Part shown: positions 58,693-64,000 of the stretch, one piece after another
How the letters are laid out: each line of letters starts with the position of its first letter
Position numbering within the stretch: the stretch's first letter is position 1
Assembly: GCA_012295275.1 (NCBI GenBank)
Contig: CM022667.1
Span: 3,410,001-3,474,000 of the forward strand
Length of the DNA: 64,000 nt
Origin: Chrysomallon squamiferum
Taxonomy: Eukaryota > Animalia > Mollusca
Direction: 5' to 3'
Notes under the pieces: model-generated
The model's database searches: none
What the model was told of the DNA's origin: nothing
Seen by the model: the letters and a program-made list of their open reading frames with translations, nothing else
Program-made: the position numbers and the translations under genes

Positions 58693-60059
58693 TACGCAAA
58701 CATTTGTAGGATGTACTGATGTGTTTGTGAGACTTGAAGATTCTGGAGATAAAGTCTGTTTGTTGTATGAGAACTGAAAGTGAAATTGTCATCAGTGTGT
58801 TTCATCCAGTTCAGTTTCAGACATCCATCACCAGAGCTCTTTGTCCCCAACTGCAGTGAGATGCTGCTTATATATTATTATTATTAATTTATTTGTTTTA
58901 AATTATTACTTTATGTTTTTAAAGACATTTTATGTGTCTGTGGCAGTGTATTCACATTCTTAAATTTCTAGATTTTTTATTTTTTATTTTTTTCATCGAT
59001 CTGACATGTGCATGAATAGAATGAATTTATTTTGTGTGTTAAGATGGTTGTTCTGTTCCAGTAATATATACCTGTATATGTCTCTTTCAGTAGCTTATGT
59101 TGATAAAAGCCATTTTTATTAAAAGATTAAAAATAATAATAAAATAAAATAAAATAAAATAATTTAAAATGAAATAAAATAAATATTAAAATAGTTATAA
59201 GAAAAATAATATTAGCCAATTTAAATTAATTGTTTTTTTTCTTTTCAAAATGAATCCTCTGAATGAAACCATTTTGTATTCAACGAAATAAAAATCATCT
59301 GATGCACATCTAGTTTATTAATGGCTGCTACAGATAAAAATATTATACAGTAAAGTTCAAAAATAAAACAAAATAAAAATAGAATTATATGCTTATTGGA
59401 AATACCTCTTTAGATTTATCCCTCAAAATGGTTTTTCTAATTTAAGATGCTTTACGTATTTTTTTTTTTTTTTTCTGTGCATTCCGTATTTTATTCATAA
59501 TCTCCTGTGCGATCATAATGTTATTGTCTTTGCCGAGGACAGATAACCTCTTTATTACACTCCTTTATGTGTTACCCTTGCACTCACATTCTTCTGCCAA
59601 AGCAGTTAAATTATATCTGTTGATCATATGACCATGTACTTCTCAGGTCGCTAGAGGTCACTGCAGTCACAGTAACAAATTGGCTACACATTGATTTTTG
59701 TTCAAGGGATGCCATTGTAATGGTTAAAAAAAATAATGGAAACTAAATCCTTTCTTGTCACAAAATCTTGTTGATAATCACATAGCTGTTTTGTGATCAA
59801 TAAATTATGTCCTAATGCAATCACTTTTTTTTTTTTTTTTGTCTCTGAACTCTTGTGAAGAAGAAGGAAGAGAAGAATCAGTTCTATGTTGTGCGTCTGG
59901 TTCCTGCAAACTCTTGTTTGTTTGTTTGTTTGTTTGTTGAGATCCTGGGACAGTCTCTCAGGTCAGGTCAGGTCAGGTTGTGTGAGGTGTCAGGCACAGG
60001 GCTAATTGCCAACACTTGCTCTCTGAGATCTAGAGAGAAGAAACCTGATGGTTTTTTTA

Positions 60060-60504
60060 GATAAAAGAGAAAAAAAGAACATTTGTAGAGATGTGTAGAT
60101 AGGTTCTTATGGGAAATGTCTGATTTTTTTTTTTTTTTTTTTCTTGATTTTCTTTGATTTTGTTTTGTTTTGTTTTTTTTGTTTATTATTATTGAGAACT
60201 CTATTTTTAAAATCTTTTCTAGGTTTTTACAGGATATGCTTATTGTTCTTAAATTCCTAAATGTATCCTGATTCTATGAATTTCTCTGAATTTCTAGGGA
60301 TGAAAACTAATGTTTTCTTTTAATAAAGAGAAATAGGACTATAAAGATCTATAGATAGATTAGAGTACAAATCTGATATTTCTTTTTGATAAAAAACATT
60401 TTGAAAGATATTTTGATAGGTTCTTACAGTATGTACTAGTTATTCATAATTTCATAATAATTTTCTTTTTCTTTGAATTTACTGAGCAGAAATGTCGACT
60501 TTTA

Positions 60505-60547
<43 letters not shown>

Positions 60548-61100
60548 TAAAGTGAATATTATTTATAACAATCTTTAGACACACTCATATCTTATAAACA
60601 GTTTCATCGCTTTCTGAATATCTGGAGATGACATTTTTTGTTTGTGTTTTTTTCTGTCATTAAAGAGAACATTATTTATAAAGATCTTTTGTGGATTGTA
60701 CAGCACATTTTTGATGGGTTCGTTTCTTGTTTTTGTTTTTTTTCTTGGAGGGATAAAAAAGATAAAATTTATAAAGATCTGCAGAAAGGTTCTTTGCTAG
60801 ATATACATATTCTTAATTTCATAATGATATTCTCACTCTTTGAGTTTTCTTTTGATAAAAGAAAAGATTGTTTATGCAGGTTTTTGATGTGTATATTTAT
60901 AGTTTTTAAGCGCATAAACATATTGTTGCTCTTCGAGTTTGTAAAGAAGATACACGATCTTTTAAAACATTTTTATTTTTATTTTTTATAAAATAATATT
61001 ATTTATAAAAATGTACTGGTATGTATAAAAGTACATATAACAAGTGTTTAAATTCGTAAAGATTATTTTTAAATTATATAAAGGTTTGGTAGCTTCTTAA
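60060..61100. repeat. Highly decayed ~100-130-bp tandem array
   Basis: Recurring tttataaagatct...ataggttctt-like motif at about 60081, 60340, 60400, 60560, 60672, 60768 and 61000. Confidence 0.5.
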
Positions 61101-61176
61101 TGAACTTGAGGCCCATAAAGATGTTGTTGAAGGTAGTAAATTTTATATATCAATATAGTCCTTACATTTTGAGTTC

Positions 61177-61288
<112 letters not shown>

Positions 61289-61616
61289 GTGTCTCATTTC
61301 ATTCTATTTGTAATTTAATTTTTAGTTTTTTATACTTTCAAAGTTTGTGTTAGTTTCATTTAAACCAAATTCAACAGTGGGATAATTCTTAAACACCCGA
61401 ACAGTTCTGCTTAAAGTAATGAAATTCTGTCTTTTTGTACAGCTAACTGAAATATTTATATAAAATATAGCCATTATTTGTTTTCATCTGAATAGCCAGT
61501 ACAGTAATATTAACAGTTAAATTAACATTTTTGTTCCGTTTATTAATCCATTAATAACTATTCTTTATTTTTTAATTTTTTTTAAATTAAAATCTTTTTA
61601 TTTATTTTGTTTTGAA

Positions 61617-61655
<39 letters not shown>

Positions 61656-61779
61656 TAAAAATTATAAAAATAAAAATAAAAATTATAAAAAGCACTAAAA
61701 TGGTATAGAGAAATTACTTTTTGTAATAAATATATTTGAATCATAATAACAGATACAGGGAGAAAAAAAAATTTCAATA

Positions 61780-62043
61780 GCTGTGTTTGAGCTTGTTTTT
61801 CAGCTGTCGAGACAAAGGAGGAATTATATCAATAACAATGTGTCTCGTATCTTTTCAAACGAAGTCATTAGATAGATATTTCTCCTGTAGATGAGGATCA
61901 ATTAAAAATTAACGAACGCCCCGAGATCGTGGGGGGTGCAGGGGGGGAGCGCCACCGAGCTGAAATTCATCTGACTTTATTGATAATCCTGCAATTAACT
62001 GCAAACGCATATAATGACTGGATTGAGAGAGAGAGAGAAAAAA

Positions 62044-62075
<32 letters not shown>

Positions 62076-62520
62076 AAAAAAAAAAAACCAACCCCAGTCT
62101 ATGACATAATCAATAGACGTCAGCGATCATTAGCGGTTGGATTATTAATTATGCTTGTCATTAATTGATTTTCACCTTCCATGAATGATGTTGTGCCTTT
62201 CATATCCGGCCATTCTCCTCTTGATTAGACATGCCGGGTTGCCGCGGCAACCATGCAAATTAGCGCCGCGGATATTAATGAGCAAAAATTGTTCTCTGTT
62301 TCATTGCTTCGGATAAAAATAATAAACAATAATATGCCTCCGACGGCCGGGGAAAATGTGCCTGAATGTGTAATGAAAAAAAAAAAACCCAGAAAGATAT
62401 TGCTGAAAAATATAAAAATATATATATACCAAAGCTAATTGACTTTCGTTTGTTGTGTGCGTAATCATATTTTTGTTCGAGATGTATTTGTTATGTGAGT
62501 GCGTTATTGTGTTGCAGACT
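61780..62520. promoter_or_regulatory. Enhancer-like island with an RFX-octamer composite site
   Basis: Palindrome ggttgccgcggcaacc 62237-62252 directly followed by atgcaaat 62253-62260. Many TAAT sites. Confidence 0.5.
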
Positions 62521-62589
62521 GAATAAAGGAATTTAATTAAATAAATGATCATTTTACTAGAAAGGTTTATTATTATTATTATTAACTAC

Positions 62590-62631
<42 letters not shown>

Positions 62632-63044
62632 CTTTCTCGTATCCATGGTTTGGTTTGTTATATTTATTTATTTTTTTTTTTATTATTTCTACCAATTTTT
62701 CAAAGTCTGTGGTAATTTGGGTTTGTCTCACTGATTCTGTCTGCAGATATTTTGTAATTAAGGACACAGTTAATTTTGACCTAGCTGTGTTTACCCTATT
62801 TTTAATATCTTAACAAAAATATAATATATATATATATATAAATAGGATTGAATTAAATGTTTTGTTTTTTCAGAACTAATTTTGTATTTACTAGTGACTA
62901 AATTGACTTAGGTTGTTTTTTTTTGTTGTAATTTGTGTCTTACTCTTTTCATTATTGTGCGAATGATTCACCAGTTTAAGAAACTCCCTCCGAATAGATA
63001 ATTTTAACTTTTGACTTAACTGCTTATACAACAAAACAAAAATA

Positions 63045-63083
<39 letters not shown>

Positions 63084-63619
63084 TGTATGATCAAACACAG
63101 ATTTACAAATAAACAATTAAATTAAATTTGTGTTCTATTTCTTACTCAATAATATTTTAATAGATATTACTACTGAAACTTATATTAGTACAACACCTAT
63201 TAAAACAACATCAACAAAAATAAACTTTAACACAAACACATGCACGCACACACACACACACACACACACATGCACACACACACACACACACACATATATG
63301 TACTGTAAAATAAATAAATTAAAAACTAAAAAAAAAAAATTAAAAGAAAAGAATTGTCTCTGGTGCAATTTGTTTAACTGACATTCAGAATTCAAATCTT
63401 AGTTGCTTATCTAACCTTTTTGTTTTCAGTATAATTTACTTTTTTTTTTTTTTTTTTTTGGTCTTTAACAAAAGACACACAACCTACCAGCAATGTACAC
63501 AATATATTACCAATATGAAATCAGAATCCTATAGTCTAGAGTATTAGGAAATTTACAGACTGATCAGTAATCTAAAAACTGCCTTCAATAAACAGTCTGC
63601 CTTATGAAACTGATAAAGA

Positions 63620-64000
63620 GTAAAATAATAACAAACATCAGTAACGAAGTTGAGCAATCTGCAGATGTACTGATAACCTGTAATAAACCTACTGATACCA
63701 ACAAGTAAGCAAGGACAAACCATTGGCAAACATGACAACCTTTAGTAAACCTACTGACAGCAATCAGTACACGTGACAACAGTTAGTAAACTTACTGACA
63801 TCAATCAGTAAACACGGCAACCATCAGTAAACGTGACATCAATCAGTAAACATGACAACCGTTAGTAAACCTACTGACATCAATCAGTAAACATGACAAC
63901 TTGCTGACATCAACCAGTAAACGTGACAACCATTAGTAAACCTACTGACAGCAATCAGTAAACGTGACAGTCTTTAGTAAACCTACTGACAGCAATCAGT
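63620..64000. repeat. ~40-bp dimeric minisatellite (agtaaacctactgacagcaatc-agtaaacgtgacaacc), runs off the window end
   Basis: Seen directly. Decays towards the left. Confidence 0.9.

Overview
Eukaryotic, very AT-rich, microsatellite-dense animal DNA. It resembles an invertebrate, plausibly mollusc, genome, but the taxon is an impression only. One protein-coding gene is well supported: a minus-strand, two-coding-exon thiamine-triphosphatase-like (THTPA, CYTH/TTM family) gene (12731-10823, then an 8.77-kb phase-1 intron, then 2055-1898; about 688 aa). It carries an unusual ~468-aa Ser/Glu/Thr-rich N-terminal extension. Almost all other ORFs in the track are translations of simple repeats. The rest of the window holds (i) a candidate bidirectional promoter at ~38.2-38.55 kb, (ii) more than a dozen non-coding, CpG-containing islands rich in homeodomain, POU, RFX and CRE motifs that look like developmental enhancers, and (iii) many tandem arrays. 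The most striking array has 24 units of a fixed core plus a variable (ACT)n spacer at 50.1-52.9 kb. I found no prokaryotic-type systems, tRNA or rRNA genes.
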